Shown here: positions 51,760-64,000 of the stretch, piece by piece
Layout: the number at the start of each line of letters is the position of its first letter
Numbering within the stretch: the first letter of the stretch is position 1
Source: Haliotis rubra
Lineage: Eukaryota
Assembly (NCBI RefSeq): GCF_003918875.1
Contig: NW_025767371.1
Location: 372,001 to 436,000, forward strand
Length of the DNA: 64,000 nt
Direction of reading: 5' to 3'
The notes under the pieces: model-generated
Database searches by the model: none
What the model saw: the letters and a program-made list of their open reading frames with translations, nothing else
Told to the model about the DNA's origin: nothing
Position numbers and translations under genes: made by a program

Positions 51760-52225
51760 AGAGCAGAACAGAACAGAACATTTTATTCTCTAAAACCCCA
51801 CCCACGGTGGTACATGAGAATATAATGATATACAATTTAACATAAGTATACAATCAAGATGGCGGATAATAGAATAGTTAGAGTATCATTATCACAATTC
51901 CTTTACAATTTCAGGGCATTTGACAAGGCATTTAAATATTTAGCTAGGTTTTTCAAATGCTTTGTTTTCTTTATTGAAAATCGCCGTTTAAGTTTGAACA
52001 GATTAGGCCATTCGTAGTAATAATTTGGAATATACATTATCCGCTGTTGGAGAAGAGTTTCGCATTTACAAAGGTAATGGAATTCGTCCCCAACAGACGG
52101 AATATCGCAAGTTTACAGAGTCTATTTTCTCTAAGAATGTTGTACCAGCGACCTGTTTCTATCGGTAAATTGTGATTTGATAACTTAAATCTAAGAATTG
52201 GACTATGTATACATTTAGGAAGGAA
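51760..52225 (-). mobile_element. 3' fragment of a non-LTR retrotransposon
   Basis: Minus-strand remnants LSNHNLPIETGRWYNI and GDEFHYLCKC; AATAAA followed by a (GTTCT)n tail. A more degraded relative lies at about 21700-22165. Confidence 0.65.
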
Positions 52226-55200
52226 TCAAGGTAGCATGCATGAGAAATATAACACGGAGGTGGTCGCTAAATCTAGGGCCTCGTCACGACTAACATGTGG
52301 GGCGGGTTAGTTGCACAGTGGTTCATGCGTTCGCTCGTCGACGCCGTTACTCAGTTGACCTGGTTATTCAGTGTAGACCCATGTGTTCTTTAGCGGCAGG
52401 GCGATCTTTCCTCTGCGAGAGAAAAGCTATAAACTTACGTTAGAATATATACAATTTTAGTAGTAACAGATAAACCCATTTAAGTTGAAAATGAACCCCA
52501 GTGAGTTGGGAGATTTAGGAACCTGGGAAAATCTAGACTTGCTTCACTTAGGGCTTTAGTTCTGTAGGGTTAGGCAGTAGGGAAAATAATATGGTCCAGG
52601 GACTGTGAGACAGACTAGCGATAAACACGCAAACACTGTTTCAGTGTAGCATTTTTCTCTAGTTCTTGAGTTCTGAGATTATATGCCAAAATCTTTTCAA
52701 AGCTCCCAGTTGTTGACGTTCTGCCGTGCTATTGCTGGAATACGTCGCTTGAAACCATACATTTTGACACGCACGCCTGATGACGTCAAAAGGAGGAAAT
52801 GCATATATGTAAAAGAGAAGGTTAGAAACCACAATCCTAACACGCCTGTGAAAGAAAATAATGCTTTTCTTTTATATTTAACCACGTTAAGATTCGTTGC
52901 AATTAAGATCCTTTTAACACCGCGTCCCTTCTCGTGTAGCTTCCTTCCCGTGGTGATCGTAACCAAAAGGAAATATCTGGAGGAATATGATAAAGAGGAA
53001 GCTTGACAATGTGCCTGATATATCTTGAGTTTATCTGAATGACAGCACAAACATATGGACAGAGGGACAAGTCAGATAGCGAGTATTTAACGCCCTAGTA
53101 GTGAGTGAGTGAGTATGGGTTTACGGCGCGTTTAGCAGTATTCCAGCAATATCACGGCGGGGGACACGAGAAATGGGCTTCACACATTGTACACATGTGG
53201 GGAATCGAGCCCGGGTCTTCGTCTTCGCTCTAACCACTAGGCTACCCCTTCGCCCACAACGCCGCAGTAGATTATACCAAGTCGGACGTTAGCGAGTAGA
53301 CAGAGTATCTGGATCTATTGACTGAGGTCAATATTGGGCCAGTGTTTCGTTGATTGATGTTGGTTGATACGATGACCAAGTGTTCGAGCCTGACCACCCG
53401 ATCACGTTAGTCGCCTCTTAAGACAAGCATCCATGGGTTACTGAAGATCAATTCCAACCCGGATCTTCACGGGTACAGTAAAACAACACCCCAATTGACC
53501 AGAGAACCTGTTTTAAAAGTACACTTATGGAACATGAGAACTTACACTGCCAAGTATATGAAGATATTAAAGTTGAAGTAATTTTCCAGTGGTACAATGG
53601 CTGATAATTTCGCTTGGCGCCAGGATGCAGAAAATGTTTATTTTATCAACATGTTATTATGATATTCAATATTTAAGTATTATATGGATCATAATATGAA
53701 CTGGCAAACAAGGATAAGTTGGACCGGCGCAGAGAACGCCTTTAAGAGAAGTATCGCGGACAACCTGGTGCTAGCAATGGCAAGCGCCAGTGAGCGGCAC
53801 TTATAGTTGCTAATACGGATCACTTGTCAGGTCGGTGCTAAACTTATGCAGGTCCAGCTTATGTAAAAAGTTTAGATTGCCACAGTTTCTGAGAAAGAAG
53901 AAAGTGTCTAGGCTCCTTTTAAATATATGAATATACTTCAGGAACCGTGATGTTTGTAGCATACGTTCAATTCAGATGTTAGACTAGATATTAGACTAAA
54001 TCACGCCGTGCCGGGCTCTGATCCGCAAAGCTAGTCGCGTCCAAAGTATCTGTTCCTGAAGGCTACGCATGTCTTCTAAACCATATGCGTGTTGACAGAA
54101 AGCAATTCAGAAAGGTAAAGCGGTTCGTCATAGTTTTTCAGGCGTTTTGAGGTGATAGGGTAGTCAAGTGAATGAAGCGTTGGTTCGTCTCGCCGAATAC
54201 TCGGGTTCGATTCCACTAATGGGTATAATGCGTGAACGCCCATTTCTGGTGTTTCCAGGTGTTTCCAGAAATCATATCCCTGTAATGTTGCTAAACGTAG
54301 AGTGAGTGAGTGAGGTTAGTTTTACGCCACACTCAGCAATATTCCAGCTATATGGCGTCGGTCTGTAAATAAACGAGTCTGGACTAAACAATCCAGTGAT
54401 CAACATCATGACCATCGATCTACGCAATTGGGATACGATGGCTTGTGTCAACAAAGTCGGCGAGCCTGACCACCCGATCCCGTTAGTCGCCCCTTGCAGT
54501 GAGAATAGGTAACTGAAGATAAGTTCTAACCCATATCTTCAGGCATTATAGAATGGAGATATAATACATTGTATAAGCGAGGGCAACCGATGACATCTAG
54601 GCGTAGAGCAAAACCATACTGACAAACTCACATATCTGTTTGTTGCTGAACGCCGCACTTGGAAATATTCCAGCTACAAGGCGAGATGTGAAACAAATTC
54701 GAAACCCTGGATTCCATTCCCAGCATGTCAACTGGCATAAAACCATACTCACTCACTCAACCCTCTACCCAACAACTCACTCACCCATACCCACTCACTC
54801 ACTACCAGTTGAGACAGTAACGACTGTAACACCTTCACTATTCCAAAGATAGTGGAACCCTTAGCTATTGTGAAACATACGATCTATTGTAACCCGGAGA
54901 CGTGATGGTTCTTGGATGACAGCTTGAATCCTCCTCCTCATGCTACTGGCCCAAGATCACTATGCATGTCGGGTGTGGGAGGCCAATTCTATGACTCGTC
55001 GGTCGTTACTGACGGTCGGACATGTCGGATGTCGCTGACCATCAAGTGACCCGTGAAAGTCCGGGCTAGATATATTGATCTTCAGTAACCCATGCTTCAG
55101 GTTTGTAGACGTCGTCTCTTCAGGAGGGCGACTAACTGGGGATGCCCTAAGGCGATTTCAGACGGTCAGGCTGTTGCTTGACTTGGTTGACCAGACATGT

Positions 55201-55961
55201 CATCGGATCTCTTCCCGATTGCGCAAATCGATGCTCATGCTATTGATCACCGGATTGTCTGGTCCATACTGCACGATTATACTAGCTGGAATATTGCGAT
55301 GGTTGTTGTGCGGCGTATAAACTAAACTCACGGTCGGACACTCGGAGAGACCCTCTATTATCTTACAGTGCACGTGTACTGCAACCTGACGATGCTCATG
55401 CTATTTCGTACATATTATGCCATATGGCTGAGAGTGTTTTAATGTTTGAGCAAGTGAGTTTGAGCAAGTGAGGCAGTGTGGTGTTTGTGTGTCTGTCTAT
55501 GCGTGTGTGAGCTTGAGTGGGGAGGCAGAGAGGCAGGATGTACCCAAGTTGAATGTGTATAGGTAGTACCTGTGTACTGAAGGAACGGGTTAACTCGTCT
55601 CCCATCTCTCCACACACATGTACTCTAGTGAATTGGAATATTTATATTGACATATCATCGACCATGTCATTCGGACAACCCAACCTGATGCAACAACCGA
55701 TTTAATCTATTTGGATCCAGATTGTGACCTCTCCAGCCAAAGGTTGCTGGAAACTCTTTTCTCGCCCCGTGTCGAACGGGTATGTGAGAATCTTATCTTC
55801 TCGCGGTGACTGGTGTTACCCCCCTTGGACTTTGGACAGTGACATGGCGCTAAGCAGGACGCTTAGAGAACCGACACCTGATTACCCACGCGTCCAGCTG
55901 TCACTGGCTACAACCTGAACGGCAAGTTACAACATCCACAGCAGCAACATCGTCAGTGAAC

Positions 55962-58900
55962 ATGGACATGGTGCTCGGCTGCCGCTTCCTGGTGGTCCTA
56001 GCGGGGTGGGTCTTAATGACCCAGGCTTCCCCATTAACTTTCTCCCCGAGAGGCGGCTACAGGGCGGCTGTGTATGAACACGCGGTCCACATACCCTGGA
56101 GCTGTCTGCTGGTACCTGTGTCGAGGGGAGAGGCTGTCAGACAGATGATGAAGAACATACAAGTCTACAAGATGCAGGCGGCTGCTGCTGCTAGAGAGGT
56201 AAGCTGACCCATGTCGAACACAACACAAGTTGTGAAGCGTGATCGAGCTGGTGAGGCTCTACACGGGGGGTGTTGTCTGATGTTTTCAATTTATATCAAG
56301 ATTCCAAGCACAGTCGCATGAAGAGGTGTAGATTTATAAAGTTGATTCATAGTTTGAGGTCCTTGGTGTCTCTCTTAGTTTGTGAGTGTATATACCAGAG
56401 TGGAAAGGTTAAGGTAACATATCTTGAACCACAGTCCACTAACGCATGGCTTGTCTATAACAAAGTGCATTATATTACGCAATTCATGACGGTAGAACTG
56501 ATAGTGCTATTCACATATTCATACATGTGTTAATAAGCTACAGTCTGGTGTATACTGGAATATATATCCCTCTCGTAAGACGTCTATTATGTATGGTGGC
56601 CGAGAAGGGCTTATGTGAAACGAGATATAAACTCGACCAATTGTTGTTTGGCTAGCACTTTGTTCAAGTAGGATTGTACATAATGTCTTTGTTCACGCGT
56701 CCCACGTGATGATAATATGATAGACGGAAAATCATAGTAATGCATATACTATACACAAAGAACTTAAGTAAGCACCCCTTGTATTTTTGCAATGATAGGT
56801 TTACAAAAAGTACATAAAGCTTCTCATGGTGACCACGATGGAAAAGCATGGGTTTTTCTTACCCATATGACCCTTCGACTTATAAACAACGACTAAAAGA
56901 TTGGAACCCATGTTGATGTTATGATGATAATTGCTCAATAAAAACAAATCACACTGATTTTAATACAAAACCATGTCTGTACAAGTATGACCGTGGAATG
57001 TTTAATGTTGAATTTATTGTTGAATGTGAGCATTCAAAATGTCATTTGTGTGTCTTACACGAATCAAGGTAACTACCGAGGGTAACCTCCATGTGACTGT
57101 ATGACAGCAAGCACTCTCCTCCTCATACCCTCTGTCAGCCTCCTGATCCCCTGAAGGGGCAGTCTACGCCGTTCCTCGTGTAAAGCAGCTTCTAATTGGG
57201 CCAGGTTCTGTACAGGAGGATCCCTGTGTTGCACACGACGACCAATCATGTCCCAGATATGGGTAAAGGGTAAAGATCGGGGCTCGTTCAATTGTGAGAT
57301 ATGTCAGGGGGTGCGTAACTAAGGTCTTTGTGTATATTATCAGGGTTTACTGTGTAATTACGCCAATTAAAAAGTCTCTCAATATGTGTTGTTTATCCAA
57401 ATACACACATCATTTGTGATAAGACAGTTGTAACAGCTGTGTTTGTCCAGCTTTATACGACCCGTGAAGATCCGGGTTAGAATATTCATCTTCAGTAACC
57501 CATGCTTGTCGTAAGAGGCGACAAACGGGATCGGGTGGTCAGGCTCGCTGACTTTGGTGAAACATGTCATCGGTTCCCAATTGCGCAGATCGATGCTCAT
57601 GCTGTTGATCACTTGATTGTCTGGTCCAGACTCGATTATTAACAGACCGCTGCCATATATCTGGAATATTGCTAAATGCGGCGTAAAACTAAACTCACTC
57701 CAACTTTGTACAAGGACATTTTCATGTAGATTTGCACATGGAACATTGCAGGTTGGTCCTCAGTAAAGCAAATGTCGAAATGGATGTTTATGAACAATAC
57801 TATAATGTTATTTACAGTGTAACACCCGATACTACTCAAATCAATTTAAAGAGCACTCACAGTTAGAGTGCAGTGGTATATATTTGTGTTCCAACCTGAT
57901 TGACCGCCTCCGTGGTGTAGTGGTTAGAGCGTCCGCCCGGAGAGCGGAAGGTCGCGGGTTCGATCCCCGACCGCGTCATACCAAAAGACGTTAAAATATG
58001 GTACTTGTTGGTGTCTGATGTGTCTGAGTGGGTTATTCATGCTTCACTGCGGCATGGAATCTCGGTGGGCTAGCACTATAAAACCAGCTTAAGTCTGGAC
58101 TAGTACAAGCAGCCACACATACACATACACACGCATGCACGTCGTCATATGAGCGAAATATTCTCAAGCACGACGTTAAACCCAAATTCACCTGACCTCA
58201 CCCAACCTGATTGATTTAGAGAGTATTGCCACGACCGACCACGCGCTGACGGCGTGAGAGATCGTCCCTTGAAACTAATTGGGACTGTGAACTAAATCAG
58301 ATCATATCTGTGTAGTTATTATCTAAATAGTGAGAAAATTTCAACCTTCATTGCATACACATGATTTGAAATGGAACTGGAAAATATCAGCTCTGACCCC
58401 AGCGCCTCACATCCAGGGAACCAGTCTGACGATTTCCCTGTGTGGTTTGTTCTCATCTTTGTCTACCCGTGATGATCCGGGTTAGAATGGGTCTTCAGTA
58501 ACCCATGCTTGTAAGAGGCGACTAACGGGATCGGGTGGTCAAGCTCGCTGACCTGAATGGCACTTGTCATTGTATCCCAATTGGGTAGATCGATGCTCAT
58601 GGTGCCGATCACTGGGTTGTCTGGTCCCGACTCGATTATTTACTGACGGCCTTGATATAGTATAGGGCGACTCGCCTAGTGTTTGTCATCATTTTGCTGA
58701 CCAACCTGGTACTATCCTCAAATGGTTCTTATTGGGTTAGCACTGAACAGATCAGTAGCAGCACACCAACAGTCAATTAGTTATTGAAAACGTATTGACA
58801 CTTTCACTTAAACTTTATAGATCCAATTTCCCCTGAAATTTAATGTTATATCTAAAATTGTCCAGATTGCATGTAGACCACTAGAATCGAATTATGACCT

Positions 58901-61900
58901 TGTGAACCATGTTTTCATACCATCTTCCAAGAGTGAGTGAGTGAGTTTAGTTTTACGCCGCACTCAGCAATATCCCAGCTATATGGCGGCGGTCTGTAAA
59001 TAATCGAGTCTGGACCAGACAATCCAGTGATCAACAGCATGAGCATCGATCTGCGCAATTGGGAACCGATAACATGTGTCAACCAAGTCAGCGAAACTGA
59101 CCACCCGATCCCGTTAGTCGCCTCTTACGACAAGATAGTCGCCTTTTATGGCAAGCACATGGGTTGCTGAAGACCTATTCTACCCCGGATCTTCACGGGT
59201 CTCTTCCAAGAACATGTCAGAGAGAGACGAACTGTTTGTAAAAGTATTTGACTTGATGGATGTCAAATGCTTTGCCCACTTATGGTCAAAAGATGACGAC
59301 TCCATCATCTCATTCTTCCTTGGTGGATTCCCAGACTGTATGGAAGAGATGCAGTTTGATACCTGGTGCCAAATAATATTAATTGTGGCTTATTTCGTCA
59401 GTAAATGCAATTTCCTGTTTCATTAACTTTCTGATGCATTCATATATTCACTTGTCTGTAAATATCACGTGATGTTTAAATGCTTGTAATCTTCATATCT
59501 GGAGGAAACAAAGCCAATCTATCTATCTATCATTCAACGGGCGTTTATTGTTGTCGTGTGTTGAGAGAATAATAAGAACTTATCAAAATCTATATCATAT
59601 AAATGTATGCAGTACTGAAAATAATAAAATATTATTGTATGTAATAAAAATGGTGACTAACACAAAATCAATTACTAAGTGATATGGGTTTCACGTGCTG
59701 TCCGTTTCCATGGCAATGCGGGCTGTTGCCGCGTTGTGACTTAGTGTGCTGTTAAACTGTTTCTGTTTTCCATTTGAGCTGTCTCGGGGCATGTCTGACA
59801 CACATATAATATGAAGTCATCCTTGATTCCTTCGGCAATAATATATATCAATTCCTTGGTGCTAAATACCAAGGGCACATAACCCAGTCAGCTCCGTGTG
59901 TTGAGTGAAGCCACGTTCTCAGGCTCTCACCAACTCAGCAGTTTTTCATTGCATGGCTATATTTGGCGTTTCTGTATCCAAAGGACGATGCCACCACAGG
60001 GGCGTGTCACGCTTAGAAACAGCGTTAGAAAGACATATAGGTATATAGACCCTACCCTAGTACTATAGAAAAGGAAAGGGATGTAACGACGGAACCACCC
60101 CCTCCGCAATCAAAGTTAGATTTCACCATCTATGGCCGATAAGTGAGTATGATTGCCGATTGTTTTGGTGAAAATGCCTGCTTACTGTCGAGAAAATGAT
60201 TTGTAGATGTTGCAATAAGTTTTTAGACCCGTGGAATGCCGCTGCCTATCGAATCTAGCCCTACATAGGTGTTGTCAGCGTGGCTGGAATTAATAAACGA
60301 ATTATAAACGTGAGTTTTCGCTGTCTTGGCTGATCCATGATTTTGGCTTGGAATTGCGAAGGTAGCTGTTCTCGGTGAGTCGTGGCGTATAACTTTTGAA
60401 ATAATGATCCGATTGTGACCATTTATAGCTCATCTTGTAGGGAAATCATCTAGCTTTCGATCCACGAGCCTCGACAGCGCCTTAGTAATAGCTGACGTGG
60501 TGAAATCTAACTTTGATTGAGGAGGGGTGGTTCCGTCGTTACATCCTTTTCCTTTTATATAGTACTAGGGTAGGGTCTATGTACCTATATGTCTTTCTAA
60601 CGCTGTTTCTAAGCGTGACACGCCCCTATAGAAATTTTGATTGGTTTGTTGTTTAATGCCACACTCAGCAATATGCCAGCTATGTGGCGGTGTAAATACT
60701 CGAGTCTGGACCAGACAATCTAGTGACCAACATCATGACCATCGATCTTCGCAATTTGGATACGATGGCTTGTGACGACCAAGTCAACCACCCTGACCGA
60801 TTCGTTAGTCGCCTCTTACGACAAGCATGGGTTCCTGAAGATCAATTCTCACGGATCTTCACGGGTGTACAGAATGGAGGTATAATGCATTGTATCAGCG
60901 AGGATGCATGTTAAACTATTAGTAAAAATTTAAAAAAATAATTTTTGACCACAATAACGGTTTCCTTTAAATATATTGATATTGTTAAAACGTTGGGTTT
61001 TTGTCCTTCAGGGTGCTGATATCATAGTATTTCCTGAAGATGGGATATATGGCATGATATTCAGCCGGAATACCATCAAACCATTCCTGGAAGAAATCCC
61101 CGACCCCCGCATTACCGAATGGAATCCATGCGTGACTTCCGGTAGCGACATCGACGTCACAATACAACGGGAGCTAAGCTGTATAGCGAGGGATAACGCA
61201 ATGTATGTTGTAGCAAACATGGGTGACAGGAAACCATGTAACCATAGCAACGACCCTAAGTGCCCAGAAGATGATCAGTATCAGTACAACACCGATGTAA
61301 CCTTTAACCCGGAAGGAGTTCTCGTCGCCAGGTATCACAAGCGTCATCTGTTCAAGGAAAATCAGTTTGATACGCCGCCATTAGAACTGGCCACTTTTGA
61401 GACACCGTTTGGGAAGTTCGGTCTAATCACTTGTTTTGATATCTTGTTCTACGATCCTAGTGTAGAGCTGATCCAGAAGGAAGGGGTGCGAAACATCATC
61501 TTCCCGACGGCCTGGATGGACCGACTTCCATATCTGGCAGCGGTGGAGTTTCACTCTGCTTTCGCCAAGGGCCTTGGGGTCAACGTCCTCGGGGCCAATA
61601 TACACTACCCGGTGTATAAATTCCACGGCAGCGGCATCTACACTCCAAAGGGGTCGGTAACATACTACTACAACGACAGTATCTTCAGCGGGGGTAAATT
61701 GTTGGTTGCTGATGTAGATTCTATAGAGACAGATATGCAATATCCGCTTGGGTATTTGCAGAGGAATAGAGAAAAATGGCGTGTTGTTAAAATGAAACAA
61801 AATAAGAGAGAGACGTCAGAGGACAGAATTCCATCTCTTGTATCTGAAGAACGTTTAGCTGACACGACTGACACGCTTGTTGACAGGTTTAATGTCTCCA

Positions 61901-62370
61901 GATTGTCTTCCCTGCCACGTGAGAACTACACGTTTGTGGCCCTGGAACACCATGCTGGGAATCAAAGTGCTTGTAGAGACGAGGTGTGTTGCACGGTGGT
62001 GTACAGCAGGGAGAACACCTCTGCCCATGAAGATTTATTTGTTTTGGCAGTATTTAATGGTTTAGATGACGGGCGTTTCACCCAGATCTGTTCCGTGTTG
62101 ATGTGCCCGGGTAATAATATGTCCAATTGTGGGGAACCAGTGACACGATCAAGCTCTATGTTTAACTTCGTGGAAATTAGTGGGAACTTATCAACACCAT
62201 ATATTTTCCCAGAAGTGCTTGTTTCTAATGGAGACTATATCGGACTTGTGCAAGGAGAATGGACTTTTACAGACAGAGTTCTTCATGGAGGAAATGGATT
62301 TTCCAAACCACTTATCACTGCATCTTTGTTCGGTCGCCTATACTCTAGAGACAACTCCACTCTGACGTAG
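55962..62370 (+). CDS. Biotinidase/vanin (pantetheinase)-family carbon-nitrogen hydrolase, secreted, 2 coding exons (531 aa)
   Basis: Exon 55962-56198 (signal peptide, YRAAVYEH; donor GAG|GTAAG) and exon 61012-62370 (GADIIVFPEDG, YNTDVTF, ARYHKRHLF, ITCFDILF, FPTAWM, vanin base domain, LFGRLYSRD). Glu-Lys-Cys triad intact. Confidence 0.93.
57073..57291 (-). mobile_element. Tc1 transposase C-terminal fragment
   Basis: HIWDMIGRRVQHRDPPVQNLAQLEAALHEE...MRRRVLAVIQSHGGY, closely similar to the 16 kb element. Confidence 0.8.
57459..57700 (+). mobile_element. Headless SINE-like non-autonomous retro-element, family B (about 240 bp; representative copy)
   Basis: Starts GACCCGTGAAGATCCGGG, shares its 3' tail with family A, and has variable 10-14 bp TSDs. 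About 19 full or partial copies, e.g. 1922-2489, 13558-13775, 17714-17954, 21190-21385, 27415-27660, 28570-28790, 28885-29120, 31370-31529, 53340-53475, 54300-54543, 55048-55330, 58464-58650, 58933-59201, 60640-60866. Confidence 0.85.
57902..58202 (+). mobile_element. tRNA-derived SINE, family C (300-350 bp, Meta/V-domain-like body; representative copy)
   Basis: A and B boxes, body GTCATACCAAAAGACGTTAAAATATGGTAC...GCTAGCACTATAAAACC, (CACCT)n tail. Other copies at about 5950-6252, 10011-10361(-), 29844-30172, 49371-49731(-). Confidence 0.85.
59998..60627. mobile_element. 630-bp foldback/MITE with about 130-bp TIRs
   Basis: aggggcgtgtcacgcttagaaacagcgttagaaagac...gatttcacca is mirrored at about 60499-60627. 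Confidence 0.85.
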
Positions 62371-63164
62371 ATCCTTGTAATGAGCGAATGATTTTACGCC
62401 GCTTCATGCAATATCAGCAACATCACAGCAAGTGAGTGAGTGAGTTTAGTTTTACGCCGCTTTGAGCAGTATTTCAGCAATATGGGCTACAGAAATGATG
62501 GGCTTCACACATTGCCCCCATGTGGGGAATAGAACCTGGGTCTTCGTCTTGACGAGCGACGCTTAACCACTTGGCTTTTCCACTACCACCACCACGGCAA
62601 GGGAAATATAGGTTTTCAAACCTTAGGTGACGATCGAACGCTTCCACCACAGGGCCATTCCACCAACCTCACCGCAGGTCGTTCAGCGTTACCTTCAGAA
62701 TCCCCATAATTCATTTAGCCGCAGTGCAGGGAAATGAAAGAAGATAAACTTTTACCGGATTTTTAAGGTAGTCAACAAAACAAGATATCTGTTTACACTC
62801 GACGGTCGTGGTTGTCTGGACAGTTTTATGTGATATCTTCAATAAACTTCCAATCTGACACATACACATATGTAATTGTACATTAAATATACTGCAGCAA
62901 GACTTACGTCTTATAGAAGCTTTCACAAGATGAAGATTAAAACCAAGTTCCCTAACCAAACATTTGTTTGATTTCGTCTTTAAATAAAACAATATGTCCA
63001 AACAAACAAGAAAAGACACAACAAACCTAAACCTTATGTTAGAGGTAGCCCACTGGATTGTAAAACAAACCATAATCACATGAAAACTACAACGACAAGG
63101 TACAAATGCACAACATAATCAAACTTTGTGAACAGTTCTGTCTCGTTTGTCGACGCTGTACACA

Positions 63165-63336
63165 GGGGCGATGGGGTAGTCTAGTGGTTAAAGCGTTGGC
63201 TCGTCACGCCGAAGACCCGGGTTCGAATCCCCACATGGGTACAACGAGTGAAGCCCATTTCTGGTGTCCCCCGCCGTGATATTGCTGGAATATTGCTAAA
63301 AGCGGCGTAAAACCAAACTCAGTCAGTCAGTCAGTC
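63165..63336 (+). mobile_element. tRNA-Asp-derived SINE, family A (about 165 bp; representative copy)
   Basis: A box (TAGTCTAGTGG), GTC anticodon-like loop, B box (GGTTCGAATCC), tail GCGGCGTAAAAC plus tetranucleotide repeats. Other copies at about 4908-5072, 14586-14752, 25203-25366, 30566-30737, 42001-42144, 46522-46680, 47415-47567, 53100-53256, 54150-54300, 62431-62590. Confidence 0.85.
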
Positions 63337-63834
63337 AAGAACTCGTGTCGCTGGTAGGCTGTATGTGAAAGGCTAGTAGCACAAGCGAAGTTCCCACCAG
63401 GAGGAAGATGTATAACATTCAGTGTATAGGTAAACTGTATTGTCTGATCAGGTTTTAAGTTGTCTTTCAGTCGCTTATGTGAATACTCTCGTGCAATAGT
63501 TTCAAATAAGGGACCGTTGATAATTTATGGTTGTCTCTGTGATGATTTTAAGGGGAGGGGTTCCCCATTTTGTTCTGGGAGATGGGGGGAAGGGGAGTGA
63601 ATATAAATTTTGTACACAGGTACTGGAGGGTCAGTAATTTTGTACGTAATTTTATTAAAATTGTATGCTTAAAAATATGGGAAGGGTGGGGTGTGGGACG
63701 TGGGGTATGGTGGTACATAAATTATAGGTGTGGGGGGTACACTCACAGTGTACAAGCTTCTCCACAAATCACCATCAAACCCCAGCTATAAAGTATGAAC
63801 GGTCACTAATATCCAGATTTTTTGTCAGGCTGTA

Positions 63835-64000
63835 CTTCGTATACTTATCACGTACTCTGTGTAATGCCAAGATATACTTTGTATAACGCCTATCATGTAC
63901 TCTGTGTAATGCCAGGATATACTTTGTATAACGCCTATCATGTACTCTGTGTAATGCCAAGATATACTTTGTATAACGCCTATCATGTACTCTGTGTAAT
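63835..64000. repeat. 45-bp tandem repeat running off the window
   Basis: (tactctgtgtaatgccaagatatactttgtataacgcctatcatg)n. Confidence 0.9.

Noticed and set aside
63165-63245. tRNA-Asp genes (many copies)
   Set aside because: These are SINE heads with a broken cloverleaf, always followed by the same body and tail.

Overview
Animal genomic DNA with spliceosomal introns and dense repeats. The SINE repertoire suggests a mollusc, possibly a gastropod such as abalone; this is an inference. Four multi-exon protein-coding genes were rebuilt by hand from GT-AG junctions. (1) + strand, 881-9096: a 596-aa protein made of an N-terminal RRM, a TatD-fold domain lacking the canonical catalytic residues, an acidic repeat linker and a C-terminal tail anchor. 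(2) - strand, 14060-26021: a 181-aa Ly6/uPAR (three-finger, Quiver-like) protein. (3) - strand, 32727-50379: a PRXL2B/FAM213B (SelU-family) orthologue with an in-frame UGA in a UxxC motif, a SECIS element on a separate 3'-UTR exon, a duplicated C-terminal CxxxxC motif and an apparent 1-nt frameshift in a G run. (4) + strand, 55962-62370: a 531-aa biotinidase/vanin-family amidase. The remainder is mostly mobile and repeated DNA: a decayed RNase H-bearing LINE, Tc1/mariner remnants, hAT- and Harbinger-like MITEs, tRNA- and 5S-derived SINEs, an abundant headless retro-element with a pseudoknotted 5' end, and at least eight tandem arrays, several starting at 5' splice sites. No CRISPR array, rRNA gene or intact tRNA gene was found.
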